Positions 1-7,868 of a DNA stretch of 64,000 bases are shown piece by piece. The DNA comes from a virus, in the IMG/VR virus record IMGVR_UViG_3300027749_000095, positions 1 through 64,000 of that record; one strand, written 5' to 3'. The notes below the pieces were generated by a model, which was not told where the DNA came from, made no database searches, and was given only the letters and a program-made list of their open reading frames with translations. Made by a program: the position numbers and the translations under genes. Numbering within the stretch: the stretch's first letter is position 1; the number at the start of each line of letters is the position of its first letter.

Positions 1-410
1 AGTCTACAGGATTGCCAGGATACACAACAGATGTGTGGCAAGGTATGGGACCATCTGATGATATAAATCAAATTGAAGACCTAACTCAAATTATCAGTAT
101 TGCTAAGAAGCAAGGTATAGAGGAAGGGGATAGCGGCGCTAAGTATCGAGTAAAAAGTATAGGTCGGGATGCCAAAGGTGATTATTATATCAGTCCAAGC
201 ACAGAAAAGAAAGTCTACAAAAGCGGTGTAAACAAGGGTGATCATGAGAACCCTAACACTGGTGAAATTAAAAAGAAAGTAGCAGAGGCAGGTCGAGAAG
301 GTAAAGACCTTGACAAGATTAGAGACAAGTATAACAAATATGACGAAGCTGCCAATCCTGCACAACAGGCAGCTATAGCTATTGCAAAGAAAAAAGCAGG
401 TAAGAAATAA
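1..410 (+). CDS. hypothetical protein, 5'-truncated by window edge (probable head-internal protein)
   Basis: ORF 12..410 is open from the window edge. Its stop overlaps the dps start (TAATG). Charged sequence with an IEE motif and the C-terminus AAQQAAIAIAKKKAGKK. Confidence 0.6.
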   Translation, partial: STGLPGYTTDVWQGMGPSDDINQIEDLTQIISIAKKQGIEEGDSGAKYRVKSIGRDAKGDYYISPSTEKKVYKSGVNKGDHENPNTGEIKKKVAEAGREGKDLDKIRDKYNKYDEAANPAQQAAIAIAKKKAGKK

Positions 411-847
411 TGGACGAGCTTAAAAAAGCATTGAAAATTGCGTTTGCCAGTGAATATGCATTTGCTATTAAAGCACAAAACTTTCACTGGAACGTTGAAG
501 GACCATTGTTTCCGCAACTACACGCATTGTTTGATAGCATTTACAGTGAAGTGTATGATAGCATTGACGGATTTGCAGAAAACATTCGCAAGCTAGGATC
601 ATATACTCCTGCTAGCTTTGAACGTTTTTCAATGCTAACACAAATTGAAGATGAATTAAATATGCTTGAAGATAGAGCTATGATTGCAGAGCTACTGCAA
701 GATAGTGATAAAATGGTTAAATTATTAAAAATAGTGTATGATGCTGCAGAGGCAGCTGGCGAACACGGATTAAGTAACTTTTTAGCAGAACGCATGGATG
801 CACACCGCAAACATAGTTGGATGTTAAGGGCTACATCAAAACAATAA
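410..847 (+). CDS. dps: Dps-family DNA-binding ferritin-like protein
   Basis: 145 aa with NFHWNVEG..F.QLH..F, IDGFAENIR (ferroxidase H,H,D,E ligands) and C-terminal KHSWMLRA. Confidence 0.92.
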   Translation: MDELKKALKIAFASEYAFAIKAQNFHWNVEGPLFPQLHALFDSIYSEVYDSIDGFAENIRKLGSYTPASFERFSMLTQIEDELNMLEDRAMIAELLQDSDKMVKLLKIVYDAAEAAGEHGLSNFLAERMDAHRKHSWMLRATSKQ

Positions 848-850
848 GAA

Positions 851-943
851 CACACCTTAGGACCGGTAATTCGTTACCGTAAGTGTGGGGAGGCTGCTGC
901 CCTAGACGGCCCAATTCGCTACTGGGAATCTTAAAGTGAGCAC
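851..943 (+). ncRNA. candidate structured non-coding RNA, family unassigned
   Basis: GC-rich intergenic segment. Stem CACACCTTA/TAAGTGTG, inner stem CGGTAA-TTCG-TTACCG, then GGC-TGCT-GCC and CCCA-ATTCGCTAC-TGGG. Both small loops are complementary to the 3' tail AGTGAGCA. Confidence 0.55.
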
Positions 944-945
944 TG

Positions 946-952
946 ATAAATA
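946..952 (+). promoter_or_regulatory. T4-like late promoter (ATAAATA)
   Basis: ATAAATA about 25 nt upstream of the GGAG-preceded ATG at 977. The late sigma gp55 is encoded in the window. Confidence 0.65.
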
Positions 953-976
953 CATTACAGAATTTGGAGAATAAAG

Positions 977-2128
977 ATGGACTTACGAGCACTAATGCAA
1001 AAGCTAGAAACAATTAATACTACACAACCTCTAACTGAGTCTGTAGAAAAACGTGTAGTTATTACTGAATCAGTAGCAACTCCTAATCGAAGGATCGAAG
1101 AACCTACTTTTAAGAGTTCAATTGCACGTGGTCTAGTTGAAGAATTTGGATATGAATTAGACGAAGAACAAGTTAGTGAAGTTGCATTTACTCCTGAACA
1201 ACAGGCAAAAATGGGGAAAGCTAATCCACAAGATCCGTACATTGTAGCTAGAGTACTGGGCAAAGATGCTGTACCATTAAGTCACTTTACTGATCCCGAA
1301 GATCAAAAAATTGCCAAACAGATGGGATTTAAGGATGGTCCGGCGGCGCCCGCTGTTGCACCTGCACCCGCTGTTGCACCTGCGGCGGCAGTGACACGCG
1401 GCGGATTAGCAAAACCAGCGGCGCCAGCGGCGCCAGCGGCAGGAAATACACAAAACATGGGCGATGGTAGTCAACTTACTACTGATCCTAAGACAGGCGC
1501 AGTGGCAGCAACTGATAGCGAAGGTAACCCATATATTCCAGGAAGTAATCCAAATCTACCTAAAAACAAAACTACTACACAAGACATGGGTGACGGTAGC
1601 AAACTTACTACAGGACCTGGAGGTGTTGCAGCAACCAATAGCGACGGTACTCCGTATGTGCCCGGTAGCAATCCTAACCTTCCTCAGAATAAACCTGCAG
1701 CAGCATTACCGACTGGAACTGTTGCCCAAAATGCTGGAGAACTTCCCGGCGGTGCGGCAGCGGCAGCTAGCCAAGGTGGAACACCTCCAGCAGCTAGTAC
1801 AACTGGAAAACCTCCAGCAGGTGGTGCAGGTGGTGATGCAGCAGTGGCAGCTACCCGTGCAAAATTTAAAGCGTTAATGGATAAGTTAGAGAAGACAGGC
1901 GGAGTTACTGGGGCAGCACCAGCAGCTGGAGCATCTACTAAACCGGCAGCACCAGTTAGCGGCGCACAATCAGCAGGTCAATCAGCAGGTGGTGCTGTTC
2001 GAGACGCTGGTGCCGGAATTGCTAATTTTGCCAAAGGTGCTTATCAAGGCGTTACAGGTAAAGCAAATGAATCTGTATCGTTCGAAGACGACAAAACACT
2101 GTTAGCCATTAAGAACATTAGATATTAA
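977..2128 (+). CDS. Ala/Pro/Gly-rich low-complexity protein, probable head-internal/ejection protein
   Basis: 383 aa with GGAG RBS and upstream late promoter. Multiple (L/I/V)-x-E sites, PAA repeats and a ~40-aa internal duplication. Confidence 0.65.
   Translation: MDLRALMQKLETINTTQPLTESVEKRVVITESVATPNRRIEEPTFKSSIARGLVEEFGYELDEEQVSEVAFTPEQQAKMGKANPQDPYIVARVLGKDAVPLSHFTDPEDQKIAKQMGFKDGPAAPAVAPAPAVAPAAAVTRGGLAKPAAPAAPAAGNTQNMGDGSQLTTDPKTGAVAATDSEGNPYIPGSNPNLPKNKTTTQDMGDGSKLTTGPGGVAATNSDGTPYVPGSNPNLPQNKPAAALPTGTVAQNAGELPGGAAAAASQGGTPPAASTTGKPPAGGAGGDAAVAATRAKFKALMDKLEKTGGVTGAAPAAGASTKPAAPVSGAQSAGQSAGGAVRDAGAGIANFAKGAYQGVTGKANESVSFEDDKTLLAIKNIRY
1446..1693 (+). repeat. intragenic ~125-nt imperfect tandem duplication
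   Basis: NTQNMGDGSQLTTDPKTGAVAATDSEGNPYIPGSNPNLPKNK followed by TTQDMGDGSKLTTGPGGVAATNSDGTPYVPGSNPNLPQNK. Confidence 0.85.
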
Positions 2129-2129
2129 A

Positions 2130-3323
2130 ATGTACGATCCACTCGTAGAGTCACTTGCTAAAATTCGTTTGTTAGAATCTAAAGAGATTCTAAATGAACT
2201 CACGGCACCGCCGGCATTAAAAGCAGGTGGTAAATTTTTAGGCAAGGCATTACCTGGAGTCGGACTAGCATTGGCTGCACAAGATGCATACTCAAGACAG
2301 CAAGCTGGTGATACTACTGGTGCAGCTATATCTGCTGCAACAGGTGCAGCATCTAGTATTCCGGTAGTTGGTACTGCTGCAAGTTTAATTGGAACAGGCG
2401 TGCAGGCAATTCGTGATAAAATGCGTACAGGTAGTTGGATGCCTGATGAAAAAGAAATTGCAGCAGGTGTAGCAAAAGATGCTACAGCGCAACCTGCGGC
2501 TGCTCCTGCAACAGCAGTTGCACAAGCTAAGCCAGCGGCAACAGTACCGCCGGGCGGAGACCCTAAGGTATTTGCATTACAACAACAATTAATAGCCAAA
2601 GGTGCAAAAATTATACCAGATGGTAAGATGGGGACAAATACCCAGACAGCTATGAAACAATTTCCCGGCACAGCCGTGGCAGAACAATTTAAAGGAACAA
2701 CTATGTCAGAAGCACAAAAAATCGCAGAGTTAAGAGATCGTCTTGCTCAAATTGAATCACAAGCCCAAGTAACTGATGAAGCATGGGGCGCTGCTAAGAA
2801 GTTTGTTGGCGGAGCTGCCGACGCTGTTGGAAATGCATGGGGCGCTGCTAAGAATTTTGTTGGCGGAGTTGGTAAGGGGATTGCTAATCCAGCGGCTACT
2901 AATTTAAAAAATGTTGCGGCTGGTACAACTGCATCTACTAAAGGAATTAAAACAGGAGCAGCGGTTGCTCGTAATCCTGGTAAGGTTGCGGTAGGTGCTG
3001 CGGCAGCAGGTGCTGGTGGAATGGCAGCATTAGGTGGTGGGGCTGCTGCTAACAAGCCAACTGCTCCAAAACCGGCTGCTCCGGCTGCTCCGGCTGCGGC
3101 GCCTGCTCCAGTAGAAACGCCAAACGCTGCCGCTAATCCAGCAGAGGTAGCTGAGTTAAATGCTATGGCAGCTGAATTAGAAAATAGTCAAGACCCAGCT
3201 GATATTGAAATGCTAAAGCGTTATAATGGTCTAATCAATGCCATTAATAACGGTGCTGCCGGTGATAAGCGTACAATTGGCCAACAAGCCGCCAATGCAG
3301 ATTTAGCAGCCGCTGGCACTTAA
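2130..3323 (+). CDS. Ala/Gly-rich virion-associated protein with peptidoglycan-binding-like motif
   Basis: 397 aa. GDPKVFALQQQLIAKGAKIIPDGKMGTNTQTAMKQF resembles PG_binding_1 (V..LQ..L...G...DG..G..T..A...F). Gly/Ala hydrophobic N-terminal segment. Confidence 0.65.
   Translation: MYDPLVESLAKIRLLESKEILNELTAPPALKAGGKFLGKALPGVGLALAAQDAYSRQQAGDTTGAAISAATGAASSIPVVGTAASLIGTGVQAIRDKMRTGSWMPDEKEIAAGVAKDATAQPAAAPATAVAQAKPAATVPPGGDPKVFALQQQLIAKGAKIIPDGKMGTNTQTAMKQFPGTAVAEQFKGTTMSEAQKIAELRDRLAQIESQAQVTDEAWGAAKKFVGGAADAVGNAWGAAKNFVGGVGKGIANPAATNLKNVAAGTTASTKGIKTGAAVARNPGKVAVGAAAAGAGGMAALGGGAAANKPTAPKPAAPAAPAAAPAPVETPNAAANPAEVAELNAMAAELENSQDPADIEMLKRYNGLINAINNGAAGDKRTIGQQAANADLAAAGT
2781..2868 (+). repeat. 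34-bp direct repeat, 1 mismatch, 54-nt period
   Basis: gcatggggcgctgctaagaa(g/t)tttgttggcggag at 2781 and 2835, encoding AWGAAK(K/N)FVGG twice. Confidence 0.9.
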
Positions 3324-3340
3324 TAATAATTAAGTCAAAT

Positions 3341-3367
3341 AAAAAGCACCCTAGGGTGCTTTTTTTA
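3341..3367. terminator. bidirectional intrinsic terminator
   Basis: AAAAAGCACC-CTAG-GGTGCTTTTTTT between convergent genes ending at 3323 and 3368. Confidence 0.9.
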
Positions 3368-3694
3368 TCAGTGCCAATTACCTTGATAACAATGCCTAAT
3401 CTCATGGCCAATGTCGTGCATTGTGGGAGTCTTTCTTGTATAGATAGTACATGTTTTAGTAGCATTATTCCAAAAACTACAAGCATCTACTGCATAATTA
3501 AATGCGCCGAATCCACGCTTTTTATGTTCTTCCTTACATACGTTCTGTATGTTGTCTACAGTTTTCCATGTTATAAGCATTGTTTGATGTTCATTTTCTT
3601 TGGTGGAAAACGGGGTTGAAGGATCATCCCATTTGGGAGTTTGAGCAACTGCCAACTGAGACACTAAAATAAAGGGTAGGATTAGTTTCTTCAT
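3368..3694 (-). CDS. small secreted protein with HExxH motif (possible Zn-metallopeptidase)
   Basis: Signal peptide MKKLILPFILVSQLAVA-Q, four Cys, C-terminal GHEIRHC, own sigma70 promoter. Confidence 0.7.
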   Translation of the reverse strand: MKKLILPFILVSQLAVAQTPKWDDPSTPFSTKENEHQTMLITWKTVDNIQNVCKEEHKKRGFGAFNYAVDACSFWNNATKTCTIYTRKTPTMHDIGHEIRHCYQGNWH

Positions 3695-3700
3695 GCTAGT

Positions 3701-3729
3701 ATTATAGCAAACTTTGGCAATACAGTCAA
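3701..3729 (-). promoter_or_regulatory. sigma70-type promoter
   Basis: Minus strand TTGACT-N17-TATAAT. The -10 box ends 6 nt before the ATG at 3694, so the mRNA is probably leaderless. Confidence 0.8.
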
Positions 3730-3760
3730 CTGCATTTGGCTAAGTTTATTTTTGATGTTG

Positions 3761-3789
3761 TTGACTTACAACGATAACTAGTGTATAAT
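3761..3789 (+). promoter_or_regulatory. sigma70-type promoter of replication operon
   Basis: TTGACT-N17-TATAAT with extended -10 TG region, followed by AGGAG and ATG 3811. Confidence 0.85.
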
Positions 3790-3810
3790 AACTTTTAACT
3801 AGGAGACATT

Positions 3811-4074
3811 ATGTCAACACGTATGTATGGGCCTGAAGAAAAGGCCAAGCTAGAACGACTTATTAACGAAGGCTCTACTGTTCTTCGTGAAATTGAAGAT
3901 CTTAAAGAAGGTCTCAAAGAAACCGTTAAAGCTGTTGCAGAAGAACTTGAAATCAAACCTAGCATTATCAATAAAGCCATTACTATTGCTCATAAGGACA
4001 ATTGGAAAGAACATGAACAAGCGTGGAATGATATTGAAATGATTTTAGGTGTTACCAATCGATTGCCTGAATGA
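3811..4074 (+). CDS. dsDNA-binding protein, T4 DsbA/GapR-like
   Basis: 87-aa helical protein with L..LINE...LREIEDLKEGLKE...V.EELEIKP..INKAI pattern and strong RBS. Confidence 0.6.
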   Translation: MSTRMYGPEEKAKLERLINEGSTVLREIEDLKEGLKETVKAVAEELEIKPSIINKAITIAHKDNWKEHEQAWNDIEMILGVTNRLPE

Positions 4075-4361
4075 ATGATCTACTTAGACCTACATTAGAA
4101 TGGATAAAGGATGACTATAAAACTAACCCTCGCCGTTTTGTCGTGGAAGTTATGGCTTGGGCAATATCAATTGGCTGCTCGATCACTATGGCGCTCACTG
4201 TACCTAACCCGCCTCTTATTATCCTTTATCCTATTTGGATCGCTGGCTGTGCTATGTATGGTTGGGCTGCTTATACTAGGAAATCATTTGGTATGATTGC
4301 TAACTATGCACTACTAGTCACAATAGATAGTGTAGGGTTAGTTAGGATGATAAGTAATTAA
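4071..4361 (+). CDS. small membrane protein (about 3 TM helices)
   Basis: 96 aa with three hydrophobic stretches and ATGA overlap with the upstream gene. Confidence 0.7.
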   Translation: MNDLLRPTLEWIKDDYKTNPRRFVVEVMAWAISIGCSITMALTVPNPPLIILYPIWIAGCAMYGWAAYTRKSFGMIANYALLVTIDSVGLVRMISN

Positions 4362-4369
4362 TAAGACAC

Positions 4370-4428
4370 GGTGTTGATCAGCCATAAATGATCTTGATGG
4401 TATTTGTGAGCCTTAAATCACATAGGAG
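4370..4428 (+). promoter_or_regulatory. tandem hairpin element (putative translational operator) abutting DNA polymerase RBS
   Basis: GGTGTT-GATCA-GCCATAAA-TGATC and GGTATT-TGTGA-GCCTTAAA-TCACA, then AGGAG and TTG start. Confidence 0.65.
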
Positions 4429-4437
4429 AAATTTAAT

Positions 4438-7101
4438 TTGTATGTAGATGCATTCTTTCAGCGCGATGCTGATATCGTTAAAATTGTAGAACGTGGTACT
4501 GATGGGAAACGAATATTCAAAGAGTTTCCAGTGCGCTACACATTCTATCACACTGACCCAAAAGGCAAGTTCCAGAGCATCTATGGAGAGCCATTAAGCA
4601 GGGTCGTCTGTAAAAACTCAAAAGACTTCCGTAAAGAACTATCCATTCATAATAACAAAAAGTTATATGAAGCCGATATTAATCCTATCTTTAGATGTCT
4701 CAGTGAAAACTATCTTAATCAAGAAGCCCCTAAACTTAATGTAGCGTTTTTCGACATTGAGGTGGACTTTGATCCAGAACGTGGATATGCAAGCCCAGAA
4801 GATGCTTTCATGCCCATTACTGCTATCTCAATCCACCTACAATGGTTAGACACATTAATTTGTTTAGCTGTACCCCCAAAGAAGATGAAGGTTGCAGAAG
4901 CCGAAGAGCTAGTTAAAGATTTGCCTAACACGCATATTTTTGATAATGAAGCAGACATGTTAGACACATTCCTAAACATTATTCAAGACGCAGATGTACT
5001 AAGCGGATGGAATAGCGAAGGCTTTGATATTCCGTATACTGTAAATCGTGTTACTAAAGTTCTAAGTAAAGATGATACACGTAGATTCTGCCTGTGGGAT
5101 CAATATCCTAAAAAGCGAGAGTACGAGAAATATGGAAAAGCGGCTGTTACTTATGATTTGGTTGGTCGTGTTCATCTGGACAGTCTCGAGTTGTACCGCA
5201 AGTACACCTATGAAGAACGTCACACCTACAGACTGGATGCAATTGGAGAGATGGAAGTAGGCGAAACTAAAACGCAGTATGAAGGTACGTTGGATCAACT
5301 ATACAACAATGACTTCCGTAAGTTTGTTATCTATAACAGACAGGATACTACCCTATTAGATAAGCTAGATAAGAAATTAAAGTTCATCGATCTATCCAAC
5401 ACACTAGCACATGAGTGTACTGTGTTGTTGCAAACCACTATGGGTGCTGTGGCTGTTACTGAACAGGCCATTATTAACGAAGCTCACAAACGTGGATTTC
5501 AAGTTCCTAATCGTCCAGTACGAGATGAAGAAGCCGATAACAGTGCCGCTGGTGCATATGTTGCTTATCCCAAAGAAGGAATTCATGACTGGATCGGTTC
5601 ATTGGACATTAACTCATTGTATCCGTCGGCTATTAGAGCTCTAAACATGGGTCCGGAAACTATTGTGGGTCAGTTGCGTCAAACAATGACACAGGAATAT
5701 ATCGATAACCTTGTGGCCAAGGGCAAATCATTTGCCTCTGCGTGGGAAGGTATGTTTGGATCACTTGAGTATACTGCGGTAATGGACAAAGAAGTTGGCA
5801 CTGAGATTACTATTGACTGGCAAGATGGAGCAGTTGATATCCTAAGTGCTGCCGAAGTATATCAACTTATATTTGACAGCAATCAACCGTTTATGTTAAG
5901 TGCCAATGGCACAATCTTTACATATCAAACAGAAGGTATTATTCCGGGACTGTTAAAGCGTTGGTATAGCGAACGTAAAGAGATGCAGGCCAAACTCAAA
6001 GATACAATTAAAGCTGGAAACAAGATCGAGGAAGAATACTGGGACAAACGTCAGTTAGTCAAGAAGATTAACCTTAACAGTTTGTATGGTGCTATCCTAA
6101 ATCCAGGTTGCAGATTCTTTGACAAGCGTATTGGACAGTCAACTACACTAACAGGTCGTGCAATTGCTCGTCATATGGCAGGTAAGGTTAATGAAATTAT
6201 TACCGGTGAAAACAGCCACACCGGAAAGGCAATTATTTATGGTGACACTGACTCTTGTTATTTTAGTGCTTTTCGCACTTTGCAGAAGGATATTGAAAAA
6301 GGATTAATTCCTTGGTCTAAAGAAAGTGTAGTACAACTATACGACCAAATTGGTGAAGAAGTTAACAAGACATTCCCACAGTTTATGTTAGACGCCTTTC
6401 ACTGTCCAACGACACGTGGGGAAGTTATTAAAGCTGGTCGTGAGTTAGTTGCAATTAAAGGCTTGTTTATTACTAAAAAACGTTATGCTGTTTTGTATTA
6501 TGACAAGGAAGGCAAGCGAAGTGATATTGATGGTAAGCCAGGTAAGATCAAGGCTATGGGCTTGGATCTGAAACGTAGTGATACGCCAGAATTTATTCAA
6601 AACTTCTTAAGTGATGTGTTGGAGAAAGTCTTAACTGGTACTACTGAACAAGAAGTATTGGACTTTATTACTGAATTCCGTACTAACTTTAAAATACGTC
6701 CAGGGTGGGAGAAAGGTAGCCCTAAACGTGCTAACAATATTTCGGCATATCGCGGCAAGGAAGAAAAAGCAGGCAAGACTAATATGCCCGGACATGTTCG
6801 AGCAAGTCTTAACTGGAATACACTAAAGCGTATGATGGACGACAAGTATTCAATGAGCGTCACTGACGGTGCCAAAGTAATCGTCTGCAAACTCAAAGAT
6901 AATCCACTGGGGTTTACTAGCGTAGCCTATCCAGTAGATGAGCTTAGACTGCCCCAGTGGTTTAAGGATTTGCCATTTAATCACGAAGAAATGGAACAGA
7001 CGATTATTGATAACAAATTAGATAACCTGATTGGTGTTCTAAATTGGGATATCAGATCAACCGAACAGACAAATACTTTCAATAAATTATTTGACTTCTG
7101 A
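4438..7101 (+). CDS. 43: family B DNA polymerase (T4 gp43-like)
   Basis: Exonuclease motifs FFDIEV, GWNSEGFDIPY and YNRQD. Polymerase motifs SLDINSLYPS, KKINLNSLYG and YGDTDS. TTG start with AGGAG. Confidence 0.97.
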   Translation: MYVDAFFQRDADIVKIVERGTDGKRIFKEFPVRYTFYHTDPKGKFQSIYGEPLSRVVCKNSKDFRKELSIHNNKKLYEADINPIFRCLSENYLNQEAPKLNVAFFDIEVDFDPERGYASPEDAFMPITAISIHLQWLDTLICLAVPPKKMKVAEAEELVKDLPNTHIFDNEADMLDTFLNIIQDADVLSGWNSEGFDIPYTVNRVTKVLSKDDTRRFCLWDQYPKKREYEKYGKAAVTYDLVGRVHLDSLELYRKYTYEERHTYRLDAIGEMEVGETKTQYEGTLDQLYNNDFRKFVIYNRQDTTLLDKLDKKLKFIDLSNTLAHECTVLLQTTMGAVAVTEQAIINEAHKRGFQVPNRPVRDEEADNSAAGAYVAYPKEGIHDWIGSLDINSLYPSAIRALNMGPETIVGQLRQTMTQEYIDNLVAKGKSFASAWEGMFGSLEYTAVMDKEVGTEITIDWQDGAVDILSAAEVYQLIFDSNQPFMLSANGTIFTYQTEGIIPGLLKRWYSERKEMQAKLKDTIKAGNKIEEEYWDKRQLVKKINLNSLYGAILNPGCRFFDKRIGQSTTLTGRAIARHMAGKVNEIITGENSHTGKAIIYGDTDSCYFSAFRTLQKDIEKGLIPWSKESVVQLYDQIGEEVNKTFPQFMLDAFHCPTTRGEVIKAGRELVAIKGLFITKKRYAVLYYDKEGKRSDIDGKPGKIKAMGLDLKRSDTPEFIQNFLSDVLEKVLTGTTEQEVLDFITEFRTNFKIRPGWEKGSPKRANNISAYRGKEEKAGKTNMPGHVRASLNWNTLKRMMDDKYSMSVTDGAKVIVCKLKDNPLGFTSVAYPVDELRLPQWFKDLPFNHEEMEQTIIDNKLDNLIGVLNWDIRSTEQTNTFNKLFDF

Positions 7102-7119
7102 TATAAAAACCTATATACT
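7091..7119 (+). promoter_or_regulatory. sigma70-type promoter upstream of clamp-dpdA
   Basis: TTGACT-N17-TATACT overlapping the polymerase stop codon. Confidence 0.7.
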
Positions 7120-7139
7120 ATACAACAAAGGAAACAATC

Positions 7140-7868
7140 ATGCAAGATATTTTAAAAGACCTCGTAGGTCATACACACAACCTGGGCTTTTTGCCACTAG
7201 TTAAAATTACCGGTGATAAAGACACTGTGATTGAATCTATGGCTGAAGACCGTAGTGTTATTCTCACTGGCAAAACACACAAGGCGGTAGATGAGTTTGA
7301 CTTCGTATTTGGTATGCCTAACTTAGACAAGTTAGCATTACATTTAAAGAATCCGGAATACAAAGAAGGTGCAACTATTGGTGTTGTTAAAGCACAAAGA
7401 AATGGCGTTGAAGTTCCAGTTGGATTACATTTTGAAAATGCTGCTAAGGATTTCATAAACGATTACCGTTTTATGAATAGTGACATTATCAACGAAAAAC
7501 TTAAATCAGTCAAGTTTAAGGGTGCAACATGGGATGTTGAATTTGAGCCTAGTGTTATAAGTATTCAACGACTGCGTTTGCAATCGGCAGCGCATACTGA
7601 ACAATCAACATTCCAAGTTAAAACAGAAAATGGTAACTTAGTTGTTTTCTTTGGTGATGCAAGTACACACGCAGGTTCATTTGTGTTACATGCTAATGTA
7701 GACGGCAAATTGAAACAAACATGGGCATGGCCTGTAAATCAAGTAATGGCAATTCTTGCACTTGATGGTGACAAGACTATGCGTATTGCAGATGCAGGCG
7801 CTATGCAAATTACAGTTGATTCAGGCCTTGCTGAATACAACTATATTTTACCGGCACAATCTAAATAA
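7140..7868 (+). CDS. DNA sliding clamp (gp45/PCNA-like)
   Basis: 242 aa directly after the polymerase, two-domain beta-rich pattern, clamp-like C-terminus YNYILPA. Confidence 0.7.
   Translation: MQDILKDLVGHTHNLGFLPLVKITGDKDTVIESMAEDRSVILTGKTHKAVDEFDFVFGMPNLDKLALHLKNPEYKEGATIGVVKAQRNGVEVPVGLHFENAAKDFINDYRFMNSDIINEKLKSVKFKGATWDVEFEPSVISIQRLRLQSAAHTEQSTFQVKTENGNLVVFFGDASTHAGSFVLHANVDGKLKQTWAWPVNQVMAILALDGDKTMRIADAGAMQITVDSGLAEYNYILPAQSK

Noticed and set aside
851-943. tRNA, SRP RNA or intrinsic terminator
   Set aside because: No cloverleaf, TTCRA T-loop or CCA end, no SRP GGAA-loop motif, and no U-tract. Kept as an unassigned RNA candidate.
2102-2671. 189-aa minus-strand ORF (also 1464..1877 + and 2747..3055 -)
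   Set aside because: Alternative-frame artefacts of GCN-rich low-complexity genes.
2781-2868. 34-bp direct repeat as a possible mini-CRISPR array or att site
   Set aside because: Only two copies with a 20-nt gap, in frame within a CDS and encoding a peptide repeat. No cas or integrase genes are present.
4438-7101. Intein or intron in the DNA polymerase (also checked thyX and gp46)
   Set aside because: Motifs are normally spaced, with no intein termini or homing endonuclease motifs.
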